A stretch of 58,248 nucleotides of DNA, counting the filler, from Sphacelaria rigidula (taxonomy: Eukaryota): assembly GCA_964200075.2 (NCBI GenBank). It is 6 parts of 6 records of this genome, joined end to end, with 100 filler letters (N's around TTAATTAATTAA, not from the genome) between each part and the next. Parts side by side here need not be neighbours in the genome. Positions count along the whole stretch, not along the records: positions 9,727 to 19,352 come from CAXNAA020008076.1; positions 19,453 to 29,076 come from CAXNAA020008077.1; 4 more parts are not named here. The stretch is one strand, 5' to 3'. This document shows, one piece after another, positions 11,589 to 24,100 of this stretch; positions within the stretch are counted from its first letter, which is position 1; the number at the start of each line of letters is the position of its first letter. Under the pieces are notes generated by a model. The model was not told the origin of the DNA and made no database searches. It saw only the letters and a program-made list of their open reading frames with translations. The translations under genes and the position numbers were made by a program.

Positions 11589-11858
11589 TGTGACGAAATT
11601 ACACCATTACGTTGACTTTGTGATGATCTGGGTAATAGTCGAGGATATGAGGATTCTGGAGGATCTTGGGAGGATTCTGCATAATGGCCGGAGACACGGG
11701 GATGATACCATGAGGGTCTATGAGGCTGTGCCTACAAGGGCACTCCGGAAATAATAAAATAATGTTGTAAAGGCTGACAACTGAAACTGAGGCCAGTAAG
11801 ACTGGGGAGTCCCTTAAACAGCAGTGATGCAGCAGTGTTTCTTCTGGCTGGCGTCACA
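11589..11858 (+). repeat. 5' LTR (270 bp)
   Basis: Direct repeat of 17430-17708; 7-bp terminal inverted repeat TGTGACG/CGTCACA. Confidence 0.95.
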
Positions 11859-12039
11859 ATATCGATATTAGTGCTAGTACCTCACGGAACCTATCGGAAG
11901 AATTTCGGCGGAAGAGTCTTGAAGCTGGGGACAGCCTAATTCATCACGGACGCGTGGGGGTGGTTCAAGCTGAGGTAGCTGCAGAAATGCGGCTAGCCTG
12001 TGATTGATCCAGACTGAAGATTTGCTGAAGCTGAATGCA

Positions 12040-15000
12040 GCGGGAGTTTGGAGGCTCCTACGACTGTGTGGTGCGGCGACGCAGCAAGGGTGGAGGGTGC
12101 AATTTGCGACGGTCCGCTGGCCTGTGAAAGGTTCGCAGGTAGCCGGCTGCAGCTATGGCGACCGGCTCGCGTGCTACGTCCAGCGTGACGCCCGTGGTTA
12201 TGCGGGAAGAGTTGCGACCTCCCCATTACGGGGATAGGTGCTCCGAGAGTGCATCTCGCACTTTCTATACCAAGTACTTGGAGTACAATAAGCATGTGGC
12301 TCACGCTAACGCAGGGGGTGCTGTGCGACATCAGGTGGTGAGTGATGCTACGATAGGGGTTGCACTTTTTTAGCAAAGTGTTTCTCGGGGTGTTGGACGG
12401 GTCATTTTGAGAATCAGCATCGCTTTTACTTCAAAAATATTGAAAATGATGCCGATTCACGAAAAGGTCCCCGCGTACATCTCCATGTCCGGTGTCTGGA
12501 TATTTGGGTTGCACAGTTAGCCCCATATATTCGGGCTCCTAAAAAAAAGTGATCCAGAAACAAAAAGTGCAACCCCTATCGTAGTATGGCGCTGGTGTCG
12601 ATGGCTCAACAAATGCCGACGCATGTGCAGGGAGTGTTTGCTCGTGTGGAACATGATGAGAGCGCGATCACCCCGCCGCAATTGATTGCGGCGACCAAAA
12701 GGTATGCTGGGCATGCGGCGGGGGCCGAGGTGGAGCTGACCCAAGCGTCCGCGGCCGTGGCGGTAGCTGTCGCCATGGAGTCTCGGGGAAAGGCGGTGCT
12801 AGAGCGGGTGGGCCAACCTTGTCCAATCTGAAGATGTACTTGACAGAAAATCCGGGCGTTGAACTAGTATACCGTTCCCCCGATGGTGAGCTCATTCCCA
12901 GCCCGGCTGCAGTTATCACCAAGGCTTTGGTGGAGGGGTTGGCGCCAGAAAAATATCAGAAAGCCATGCTTATCAAGTTGCAGTACGAGGCAAATGAGAA
13001 GCCGACCCCTACCTGGTACTGGGCACCGTCGTGGCCGAGGCCAAGGATGCGCGGAAGATAGAGGTATTCGGCCAGTCTTCCACCTCCACGCCGAAGTATT
13101 TGCGCCACCACGGCTTGAAATCGGCCGGCCGCGCCGCGAGCATCACTTGCCACCGCTGTGGCCAAGTCCGCCAGTACGCGCACGATTGCCCAACGTCTTC
13201 CGGTGGGGAGTCTTGGCAGTCTCATGCCGCGCACCATCAGCATCGTCAGCACAAGGGCAAAGCACGAGGTGGTCGGGGTGGTGGCGGCGGTGGACCCTCC
13301 GGCGGTCGAGGGCCGTAGTGGAGTCCTCAGCAGCAGCAGCAGCAGCAGGAGCAGCGGCGTCAGCGTGGGTCTAGTTCTGGATCCGGCACCGCTGGAGGTG
13401 GTGCTGCTCCACAGCGGACAGTGCAGGTGGGACCGACTTCTGCGGTGTCGAACACTGCGCCAGCGCCGGTGGTGACGCCGGTTGCGACGCCTGCACATGC
13501 GCTGGTCGGAGTTTCGCCAAATTCTTGGTCTGCTGGCTGGGGGTCGTACCCGCCGGCTGTGCCGTTTGAACCTGCTGAGTTGTCTTTGCCTGCGTAGCTT
13601 GCGCAGCCGTGGGGTCAAGTGGGATTAGCGGCGCATCGGTCGGCGGATGAAGTGCCGGTGGAGGTTGCGGATAAGCACGTTCTTGCAGAGCTGTGTCTTC
13701 CAAATCGACGGGAGCGTGGAGCCACTGCTGTTTGGGCTGTGTCGGATTCTGGCGCCCACTTCACGAGTCTGTCGGTGCAGACTGTAGAGATGTTTGAGCG
13801 TCTTCTCCCGGGTGTGACGCTGCGCATTCCCTTTTCGCTCAGGGCGCGGCAGACCGTCACCCCGTCGGGTCAGCACGTTTCCGTCACGGAGCGTACTATT
13901 CCGCTGCGGCTGGCTTTTACGACTTCCTGGGGGCCGGCGCCGTTGCCTCCGATGTCGTTTGCGATCATGCCGGGTTTGGATGGCTTCATTCTTCTGGCGT
14001 TGCTGACGCTTCAGGGCGTTGGAGTCGATGCGTATGCGAGGTTGTGGGACTCGATGAAGACGCGGATGTCTCCGCCTGGTCCGCGCGTGCAGACGCCCAT
14101 TGCGGTCGTTGCGTGAGCTTGTGGGTGGATGCTTTTCAGGAGGCTGGGGGGCAGGTGCCCGAGGGGCGGGATGAGGCGGTGTAACGCTTAGTGGAGCACG
14201 GCCCGGACATGTTCATGGATCCGGCGGAAGAGAGGTCCGCTCGGAAGGTCGCGCTGGAAGAGAGCGTGACGGATCCTGTGGCGAAAGGCATCAGCGTCTC
14301 AATTGCGGAGCGCCTGCGCGGCATCTTGGATCACTGCGTCAACGCGCTTCGTCGTGCGCTGCGGGATGATCTCCCCGCGCGCGTGAAGCCCATGCGTTTT
14401 CAGCTAGAACCTGGGGCGTCCGCGGTGAAGACGAAGCCGCGGCGGTACGATCCGGTGAAGTCGAGTTGGTTGGCGTCGTGCTTTTGGCGCTCGGGTCGGT
14501 GTTCCGGAACTTGCCGGCGGTATGGTCCAGTCTGGCTATCGTGGTTCCGAAAAGGACTCGTTTCGCCTGGTAAGCGACTGCAAGGCCGTGAATGAGCAGG
14601 TTGAGAAGTCGCCGGGTGTGATGCCCGACCAAGAGTCGGACATGCGTGATCTGTTGAGTGCTCGTTTTTCGGCAAGTTGGATCTTCTCCAAGGTTGCTGG
14701 CAGATGCCGTTGGCGGAGGAGGCGCAGGAAAATTTCACAATCGCGACTCTGTTTGGCTTGTTCACCCCGAAGCGAGTGCCTCAAGGCGTCCTGAATGCCA
14801 CGGCATATTTTCAACGCATCATGGCAGAACTTCTCGTCGGCTTATACTCAAGATATGGGTGGATGGCGTGTTGTTTTTCACGGACACGGAGGACGAACGT
14901 TTAGACACGCTTGATGCTATCTTGGCTCGTTTAGAGAGAGTTGGTTTGTTTGCGGCTGCGAACAAGTGTACTTTTTTTGCCAGTGAACTCGTGTGGTGTG

Positions 15001-17300
15001 GGAAGGTGTACTCACACAGATGCGTATCTCAAGACCCTGTCAGATTACAAGGCGTGTCTGACATGCGGCGCCCGGAGACGGCCGCAGAACTCATGCAATC
15101 CCTTTAGGTCGTGAATTGGCTGCGTACCTCGTTGCCGCGTATGGCAGAAGTCGAAGCTCCCTTGCGTTTAACCCTCGAAGAACTCATGGCGGATGCTGCA
15201 AGGTGGACGAAGCGTGTGGCGAAAAACCGCGCTATTCCGCCTGCATCGTGGACGGAGGGCAGGCTGCAGGTGTTGGCGGCAGCGAAGGATCTGGTGACTC
15301 ATGCCCTGACGCTGTTTCATTCTCGTCCTGATCGTCAGGTGTTGATGTTTCCGGATGCATCTGAGTGCCAACGGGGTAGTTCTATCACGCAGGTGCCTGA
15401 AGTTGAAATGCAACGATGCTTGCCGGTCGAGGATATGACGCATGAACCGCTGGCTTTCCTCAGTGGTAGTTTCGAGGGTTCGCGGTTGCGTTGGACCACA
15501 CTTAACAAGGGAGGTTTTGCTATCGTGAGGACGTTTCGTTGTTTGGAGCATCTTTCGTGGGATGGCGTGCAAATTTTCACGGATCCCCGAAATCCCGTGT
15601 ATTTTTTCAACCCGGAAGCGTGCGTTACGTCTGTGTCGAAGACGTTGACACAACGTTTGGAGGGTTGGGAAGCCGGTCTTGGTCAGTATCGTTACTCGAT
15701 TGCCACATTTTGGGTGACCGAAACGCGTGGGGTGACTTACTTTCGCGTTGTGTGAATATTCCAGCTTTGCCTGCGCGCGGTGTGGCTATGTATGGTCCGT
15801 GTGAACCTGCTGACTCGATGCCGTCCAAATCTGTTGTTCGCCAAGCGCAACGGACATACCTTGGAGTCGAAGATGCGGATGTACAATTTGTCGAGTCGGA
15901 CGTTGGTACTACTATCTTGGACAAATGAAGGTCTGCTTCGTGCGCATGTGCGTGGTCGAAACGTTTTGTGGATTCCGAGTTCTGACAAGCAGTTGCAGGT
16001 ACGTCTGATGATTTGCGCGTACATGCGCGACGCCGGGCATTGTGGTGTAACTGCGACACTCGTGCGCTTGCAAGAGTTTTGTGTCTGGCAGGGGATGGAA
16101 ACTCATGTGCGCGAACTTGTCCGCCAGTGCCTTTACTGTGCTGATTCGAGTGCGGGCGATGTTGTTCCCCGCCCGCTCGGTGAAACGGTTCATGGGACCA
16201 TACCGACTTGAATCGTTCATTTTGACTTCTTGTACGTGGGCGAGAGTGGCCCGCTAGCTTCCCAAGGTTTGTCGGAGGATGCTGGGTTTCGATACATTTT
16301 GGGGATCATGGATGATTTGAGTAACTTCGTGTCTCTGGAACCAATAGCAGTGTGTACTGCTGCATCGACCGCTGCATCTTTGCTAAATTGGTGCAAGACT
16401 TTGGGGTGCCGCGTGTGTGGATGAGTGACACCGTCACGCATTTCAAGAATACAATCTTGGCCCGACTGCGAGAGGCTTTGCACGTTGATCACCAGTTTGC
16501 GGTAGCGTATTCTCCGTGGTCTAACGACACGTGCAAACGCATGGTCAAGAAGGTAGTCCGTGCTATAGAGCGGTTTCCGAGTGGGTGGACGTGTTGCCTG
16601 CGATGCAATGGGCGCTCAATGCAGCGTATCGTCGTCGTTACGATAGTACGCCGTACCATATGATGATTGGCCATGCTTATCGGACGTCTTTCTCGGTGTT
16701 GGCATCTTCGTCGGCGGGGGAATGGAATTGTGACGTCTTGGATTATGGTCAAATCAAGCATGAGTTGCAAGGAGTCTTGGACTTGCAAGGACGTTCCCAC
16801 GTTCAAGTGCAGGAGTGTGTTGCCGCTGAACGTGCGCGTAGACGTGAGGGGTCCTCGTCGGGGCTGAAACTGCCGAATTTTTAGGTACGAGACTATGTCT
16901 TGTATGCACGCGTGCGTCGTCCGGGCGTTACGCCCAAGTTGATGGCGACGTGGACTGGTCCGTAGAGAGTGGTTGATGCTCACCACCCGCACGCGTTTGA
17001 GATCCAGAACATTATTCCGGGTCGTGTTCAGACCGCCCATGTAGTTCGTTCGCGTTTCATTACAGACTCGCAGCTTAGTATTACGGCTGACGTTAAGGAC
17101 GTGTTCCAGCACGCTTTCAATCAGGGGCAATTTTAGATGGCTGGGAGGTATTGTCCGAGTGGCAGAAGCAGACGATCGTTCGTTGATCTTGTTGGTCGAC
17201 TGGGTTGGTTTCGAAGTTGAGGAGCGTACGTGGGATCCTTTCAAGGACATTTTTGTCGCCGCTCCGGAATTCTCACGAAGGAGTTACGTAAATTGCGCGT
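12040..17300 (+). pseudogene. gag-pol pseudogene of the chromovirus (many stops and frameshifts; start approximate)
   Basis: Zn knuckle CHRCGQVRQYAHDC (~13148-13190). Aspartic protease AVSDSGA (ORF 13619-14116). RT motifs DLLQGCWQMPL, PQGVLNATAYFQR and IWVDGV (decayed xxDD). RNase H FPDASE. Integrase GHCG...CLYC, HFDFLYV, SDTVTHF. Chromodomain LLVDWVGFEVEERTWDP (~17190-17240). Confidence 0.93.
12348..12584. mobile_element. MITE (237 bp, perfect 23-bp TIRs) inserted in gag
   Basis: CTACGATAGGGGTTGCACTTTTT / AAAAAGTGCAACCCCTATCGTAG. TA follows the right end and TG precedes the left end, consistent with a Tc1/mariner-type TA target. Confidence 0.9.
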
Positions 17301-17429
17301 GGCTCGTGCCGTTGCTGCTTCTCGCATTACGCGTGAGTGTGGTATTCAGTTGTGACTTGTTCATCGTTTTGGCGTTTTCAGTTTGTCAAGCTTGTTGATC
17401 GATTTTCGTCCAACGCGCTTTGGGGATGC

Positions 17430-17708
17430 TGTGACGAAATTGCGCCGTTACGTACAGTTGGTGGCGATAATCTGGATAATGGGCGGGGACACGGGGATCC
17501 TGGAGGATTCTTGGAGGATTCTTGGAGGATTCTGGATAATGAGCGAGGACACGGGAATGATACCCTGCGGATCCATGAGGCTGTGCCTACGAGGACATTC
17601 CGAATAATGAAATGTTGTAAAGGCTGGCAACTCAAACTGAGACCAGTGAGACTGGGGGGTCCCTCAAACAGCAGTGATTCAGCAGCGCCTCTTCTGGCTG
17701 GCGTCACA
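17430..17708 (+). repeat. 3' LTR (279 bp)
   Basis: Direct repeat of 11589-11858, preceded by a short G-rich tract (tggggatgc). Confidence 0.95.
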
Positions 17709-18060
17709 CGCCGAAGTTATAGCAGTCTTATAAAAAATCGTTCAATTATTGACGAAATCGGTGCTCTTTTTTCACAAGCTCACCATAGAGTCGTGCAACC
17801 GTAGAGGCCCACAAAAGGTTTACGGCCGGCGTACTGGAATTAGATATACCACAGCGCACCCCCTCTAGTGGAGTTAGGACGAAGTTGCGTCTGAACGTGA
17901 GGCGATCCTCTCGCAGTCAAAAATCACTGTAACGCGTTAGAGGACAGCTTGCTTAGAGGACCGCATCGGAATTTGAACATCCTTATGGTTAGTATGACTC
18001 CATGAAGCGTTTTTTAAAACGAAATAATTCGGCCAGATGTCGTGTTGTGTTGTGTTGTCA

Positions 18061-18277
18061 TTCCATCTATTCTGGACGCCAGTCTACACCTTTTGGTATA
18101 TGTCATGAGATTGAAAAAGTAAACGTGGCACAACACGGTTACCACGAGTGAGGGCTGTAACCTTTGTTCCATCTACTCTGTACACACCAGGCTACACCTT
18201 TTGGTATATGCCATGGGATTGAAAAAAAAGTAGACGTGACATAACATAGTTCCCACGAGTGAGGGCTTCAACCTTTG
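18061..18277. repeat. Tandem duplication of a ~106-111-bp unit that includes a SINE 3' fragment
   Basis: 18061-18166 and 18167-18277 both read ttccatcta...ctacaccttttggtatatg...ccacgagtgagggct..aacctttg. Confidence 0.85.
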
Positions 18278-19352
18278 TCAAGGGTGCGTTGACTGAATTG
18301 TCGATCGTTCAGGTCAAACTGCAGGAAATTATGATGTATGGCCCAGGATCTGAAATGAAAGTCACGAGCTGCACCTCACGAGTAGAACTATTTTCGCCAG
18401 ATTAAGAGTTAAGCTTCTTATCGAGAATGAGCTTTCATCAGAAACAAGTTTTTTTCATGTGTTCCTAGATAATCAACTTGTTCCTAATAAAAGCAGATGA
18501 CACTGGGGTCATGGGTCATTCTACACTTTGTGCGGCTCCATTCGTGTATTTGATCTTCACGAATTTTTCATGTTCTCCTTATCTTGGCCACGTCTAATCG
18601 TGCCAGAACGGATGGCCAGATGAGTAAGACGCGTGTCTAATCATTGACAGCTGACTGCATCATGACAAACCGGAGTGCACAAACCCATGTGTTTCACAGG
18701 GCCGACAATTAGATTGCCCTGTGCCCAGGGCGCTTCTCACTTCAATTTGTTTTGGTGTTTGTGACGTTGCGGTCTTGGATTGTGGCAGTGAAACTGGAGT
18801 CGTCTCCGCTGGGCGTTTGCTCTCAAATAAAGGTCTGCCGCACGCACCCGGGGTATGGTGATATGTCATTGCACGGAAGGGTAAAGTTGTATTGAAGCAA
18901 AAATTGTGCTCGTATTATCACCGTCGCCCTACATTCGCGAGGGCCCGCAGCAAGCCGGCGCTGAGATGCGAGCCAGTACACGTACAGGACTTGCTTCCCG
19001 GTATGACATAGACTATAAGTTGCAAACTGCTGTTTCTCGAGCAGACAGGAAACAGCGTCAAGCGTCAAGCATCTGCACGCTGGGCCGAGGGGCCCCATAT
19101 CGGGAAATGACGGCACCACCCCTCCCAGGTCGCCCAAACCTCATTCTGGGGCCGTAGAAGGGGAAGGGGGGGACACCCCCGGGTACCCTACTCGAGGAGG
19201 GGGGTACCCACCTTATCGATGGATGATGGCGCAAGCAGTTGCTGCGTGTGTGCGCATCGGTCTTAGAACACACACCATGTATATAAAAGGGCAATGGCCT
19301 AGAAAAGGTATACCTTCTCGTTTTTTGCCTAGGAAAGGGACGAAAAATGGCC

Positions 19353-19452
19353 NNNNNNNNNNNNNNNNNNNNNNNNNNNNNNNNNNNNNNNNNNNNTTAA
19401 TTAATTAANNNNNNNNNNNNNNNNNNNNNNNNNNNNNNNNNNNNNNNNNNNN
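19353..19452. other. Artificial contig spacer
   Basis: N44-TTAATTAATTAA-N44. Confidence 0.99.
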
Positions 19453-20301
19453 CCTGGGCGTTGTTTGACGTGCCATGGGTCCAAGATATAGATTTTTTCC
19501 CGCCAGGTGCCTTGAGCGTATCTTAATTGGTACATTTCCCTCTATATCTTCGGTAAACATCACGACGACAGACAACGCGGGTCGATATGCGTCTTTTGGT
19601 ACCCCCGTGGTCACCGGTGCTGTGTTGCTCATACCCTGAACAATACAACATTTTCCAATATGATACCAATACTTTGTATTGGAGACAGCGCAAATGTTGT
19701 CCTTTCAATATATATTGTGTTGAGATGTCCTCGGAGACATTGAAGCAACAACATACATTTTTCGTGTCATGATCGTGAAGTAACGTATGACAGTATATAT
19801 TGGACATGTATTTGCTCTGGGAAGAAAACATTCAATATATATATATATTGTGCACGACATATCGGAGCGGCAAAATATATTGGCGCTTCGGGTGTTGGTC
19901 ATATTGAATCATCAACATATTTATGTTGACATCGTGTGGCAGCTAGTATATTACTCGACAAATATATATTGGTGCCTTCTCGCACGAACATATTACTCTG
20001 CCAGTATATATTGAGGTGGCGCGTGTCGTGTTATATTATTCGGTTGATATATATATATTGCATGTCGCGAGACTTGACATATAGATGGCACATAGTATAT
20101 TAACCTGTCTCTCGTGCGTTCATATTGCTCGCTCAATATATCTTGACCACCCGACGCGTCGACATATTGAGCGGGCATTATAACATAACATGTATTACAT
20201 ATTGTATTGTCCAGGGTGTGATGTTGCCATCTACAATATTCCTGCGCGCGAGTTTGACGTGTTGCAATTCCTCTCGTCATTCTCTCGCATCCGTCTTGAA
20301 G

Positions 20302-21087
20302 GACCTGCGTGATGATGGGGTATTGGAATCCACCCCGGCGCCAATTGCGGGAGATGAAGATGTAGTAGGAGAAGACACCTTTTGGGAAGGAATTGCTCTT
20401 GAGAAAGCTGGAAGGTCGGTTCGCGATATTATATGCTCTTGTCTTTGTACGAAGGAGGCGGTCGATCTCAGAAGTGAGGCGCGACTCTGAAACTCAGCGG
20501 ATGATCCCACAGTCTATGGGAGCGAGCGGGCGGCACGAAATCACGTGATTGTTGTACTCCATTCGAGGTCGAGCAGTGATTTTAGAGATATGCTACTCGT
20601 AGAACAAAACGATCCATTTGTGCTGGGATAAAATCGACGATTCGATAGTTGTTCACTCTCCCTTGGAATCAACAAATTCTGTATTGCATGACCATGCCAA
20701 GCACACTTATTTGTCACCATTGGCTCAATATGATACTTTAGCTCGACACGTGTCACTGAAACGCGGCATCTCCATCGTGTGTTGCACCTGCCCAACAGAT
20801 ATGCGGAGAGTATGGCGAAGTTCGCTGTAGCCGTGGAAGTAAAGAACCCACGGCTGCAATCGCGGGCCTTGGAACACCACGGGTCGTTTCTTTATTTGAC
20901 CGGTGACGTGGCGGGTTCTCTGGAGGCATTCAGGTCATGGCTTTAATGGGGCATAGCAGGGCACACTAGCATAGCAGAACGACAACCTTTTTTTATATCA
21001 ACGACTCATTATGGTGATTGGGTCAACAGCTGGATCACCCCCACCGGCAGGCCGTGTGAGGTGTCATTTTCTGCTGATACGGGTGTT

Positions 21088-21119
<32 letters not shown>

Positions 21120-24100
21120 TGTTGTTGTTGTTGTTGTTGTTGGTAGAGCCTTGTTTTCTCGTTCTGCGGGAAGGGCAGAGAGGCAGTTCGCACTCGCTTT
21201 CGCAAGGCTCCATGCAGAACCAGCGCATTGAAAACCGTGTGATGTGTACGTTGAACTCATGCTTCGACTTGATTGCTGTGCGTTGGGTTCTATCAACGAC
21301 TTGCCTCCGAAATAGTTTCTGAGTAGGAACACCCTACGATCGTTCGGTACGCAAGGTCGACACTCTGTGAGCGATTAAGTTCGTACCATGTCGGGTATCC
21401 CCGGATGAAATGAAAAAACAAAAACGTGTCGTTGACGAACATGCATAACGCAGTCATAGCCGAACCCTTTGCTCTCACTCTTTTGTGCAGGCGCTCTGCA
21501 GAGGTGGACTCGTCTAATGCAAAATGTTGGATCAAGAAAGGGAGCATCCTGTTTGATGTCGGCCGACGAGATGAAGTAAGCCCCGAATTTTTGTATGATA
21601 CTGTAGGTACTGTTCCCCTTGTCTGTGACTTATCAACATACCGTGCTCGACATCGCGTGCGCATGTATTGTGTCCACATCTCTTGTCTCGTCTCGGCTTC
21701 GTCACGTACGTACAGCAAGGACACAAGGACACGCTCAGGATGGAAAACATCCTGTCCGAACGCAAACGTGACATACCCAGTCGAGTTAGTCGAGTCAGTA
21801 CGTTGTGTGTCACACCCCCTCGTGAGAGACGTCTTCTTTTCAACGTGCGGAAGACACTTACACCAATTACAACAATTACAGCAACCAATGGCCTGCGACG
21901 TAAGTATCCGCTGTAGACTACAGGAGCTCGCATGGCGCCAGGTTGGAAAATTTGGCTGAATAACGCTGACATACCGCGTCCTCCCTTGTCCTCGTCGATC
22001 GTCGTCTCTCAACGCGAATAGGCGTTCGAGTGCTTCACCGCTGCCCAGTCGATCGCCCCACTTGACGCCGACCTCTACCTTCACAAGTGAGCTGTTCGTC
22101 TAAAGAGGGAGTCTTACCGTCCACGATGACGTTGTCTGGCGTGCGAGGATGGATTGCTTTTCTTGTGATTTTTCTCGAGAGAAGATGTTTACCGTGACTT
22201 TTCGTGACTTTGATGTGTATTCAACCCTGTCGTTTCTTGGAAACATCGGGTTCATCGGCAAAACCCAACGCCGGGCATCAGCACTTTGTAAAGCATGCGG
22301 TAATTTTGGCGCCAGGTATAGCCTCCTCGACGTGATGGTCTCTTGTTCAGGCGCTGCTCTCCGTTTAGCTGTCGGGATTCAGGGAATTCTTGTTGGGCGT
22401 ACCGACGAAATCCGTCCTGTTACAATCCTCCACGCAGGGTTTGTCATACGTGCTTGGTGCCGCCCACTCTGTGCGGATAAAATTAAACGCGTGCACTCGC
22501 AGTCGTCGCCCTGTATGTGGTTGTTTCACCTCCTCGCAGCGCGCATGTTGATTTGGGATTTGAAAGTGGTGAGCAATGCCTCCGTCGAGGCTGTTGAACC
22601 CGCTTCGATGTTGTTTTTTCCCCTTGTCCTTGGCTCAGGCATGTTGGTGTCGAGTGCTCGCAGTAGCTTGGAGTAACACTCATTTATCGTCCCGCAATTG
22701 TAGGGGACAAGGTCATCTCATCGCGAACGAATTCCGCTCGGCAGTACGAGACCTGCAGCGGAGTGTGGAGTTGCGTGATACGTTGCCAATAGCTTGGGCG
22801 GCATGGGGCGTAGCGTTGTTCAGACTGGCCATGGCAGATGGACAGGTGAAGTGCTTCGAGTGCATTGCAGCTACCGACGCTTTGTGCAGTTTCTGTTGTT
22901 TATGTTGTTTCTGTTGGCCTGCGTGTAATATCTCGACGTTGGGGTCCCCTTTGCGACACTGCAGAACAAGTATTTCCCTGTCCGCGAATTCGTTGATGGG
23001 TGAATTCTATCGAACACTGATGATGGGATTACTTGGGTTTTGCGAGACAAGCAGGGCCAAACTCAATTCAAGCTGGTACTTTGCATGAACATGAACATGA
23101 ACATGAACATGAACACCAACACGACTTTCGGCGAATTATGGAATGATGTGAGTTTGAATCCTGACGGTGGAGGAAAATGTTCGTGGTTTTCATCGCCCAG
23201 AAACGTGGCAGTAAGAGTTGGCGTAGCAACCCCGTGATATCCCATCATAGCTCAGTCCATGAGGGTTGGCGGGCAGCGAGTGGGAGACGGGTCGGATGAT
23301 CCATTCGTGTGAGGCAGGCCACGGACTCGTCTCGATGAAGAGGGGAGGCTTGAGGCTTGAGGTTTGAGGCTTGAACGACGACGAGAAGAGGGAAGAAATA
23401 TGTGTCGATGCCGTTTGTAAATCCTCTTGTACCACGCACGGTTGCATGCGTCCTTCGTCAAACAGCCATCCCCGCATTTGATATCCAAGTGCTTGGCGGT
23501 GATGGAGGATGCCCTGCAGCGATTCCCTGAAAGCTGCGAAGTTCTTCTCTTCTTCGCGGAGGTGCGATCGATCACACCTTCCTTCCCTTGGAACTATGAT
23601 AAATACCGCATCAAGCGTTGTTTTGTAAGAGCGGCTCGCCACTTCTTTTCGCCGATTATATTTTTGATGCGCATATCTATGTTCGTTATTTGTGATGTTT
23701 TGTAGTTGTTCTGAATCGTTTCGTCCATGTACGACTTCCTCACGGGAAGCTATGTGGCAAGGGTTTGCTTTTTATTTTTTCTTGGGACTGGTGCTGTACA
23801 AGATCGCAGCCTGGTGTTTTTCCTCTTGTATTCTTGTTCTTGTTTTCTTTTTTTCTTTCATATTTTTTTGGGGGGGTTCACTTGTTTTTCTCTGTCTTGA
23901 GTTTACGCTGTTCTCTCTCTTGTTTCACCTTTCCTCTTTGTCGATACAATATTAATTAGCGACTGTTTCCGTCCATTTACCCTGCATCATACTGGATCAG
24001 ATACTCAACAGTACGTCGATATCCGTGGATAGCATTTTATTCGTGGTGGACCCGTTAATGTTTATGTGCAGCACTACACTCAATTCATCAGTCATCAATG

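Larger units (their letters stand above)
11589..17708 (+). mobile_element. Full-length decayed Ty3/Gypsy chromovirus LTR retrotransposon
   Basis: LTRs 11589-11858 and 17430-17708, both TGTGACG...CGTCACA. CGCC TSD at 11585-11588 and 17709-17712. Domain order gag-PR-RT-RH-IN-chromodomain. Confidence 0.97.

Noticed and set aside
21293..22084. 263-aa minus-strand ORF
   Set aside because: Antisense to TOM70 exons and introns, with no recognisable domain.
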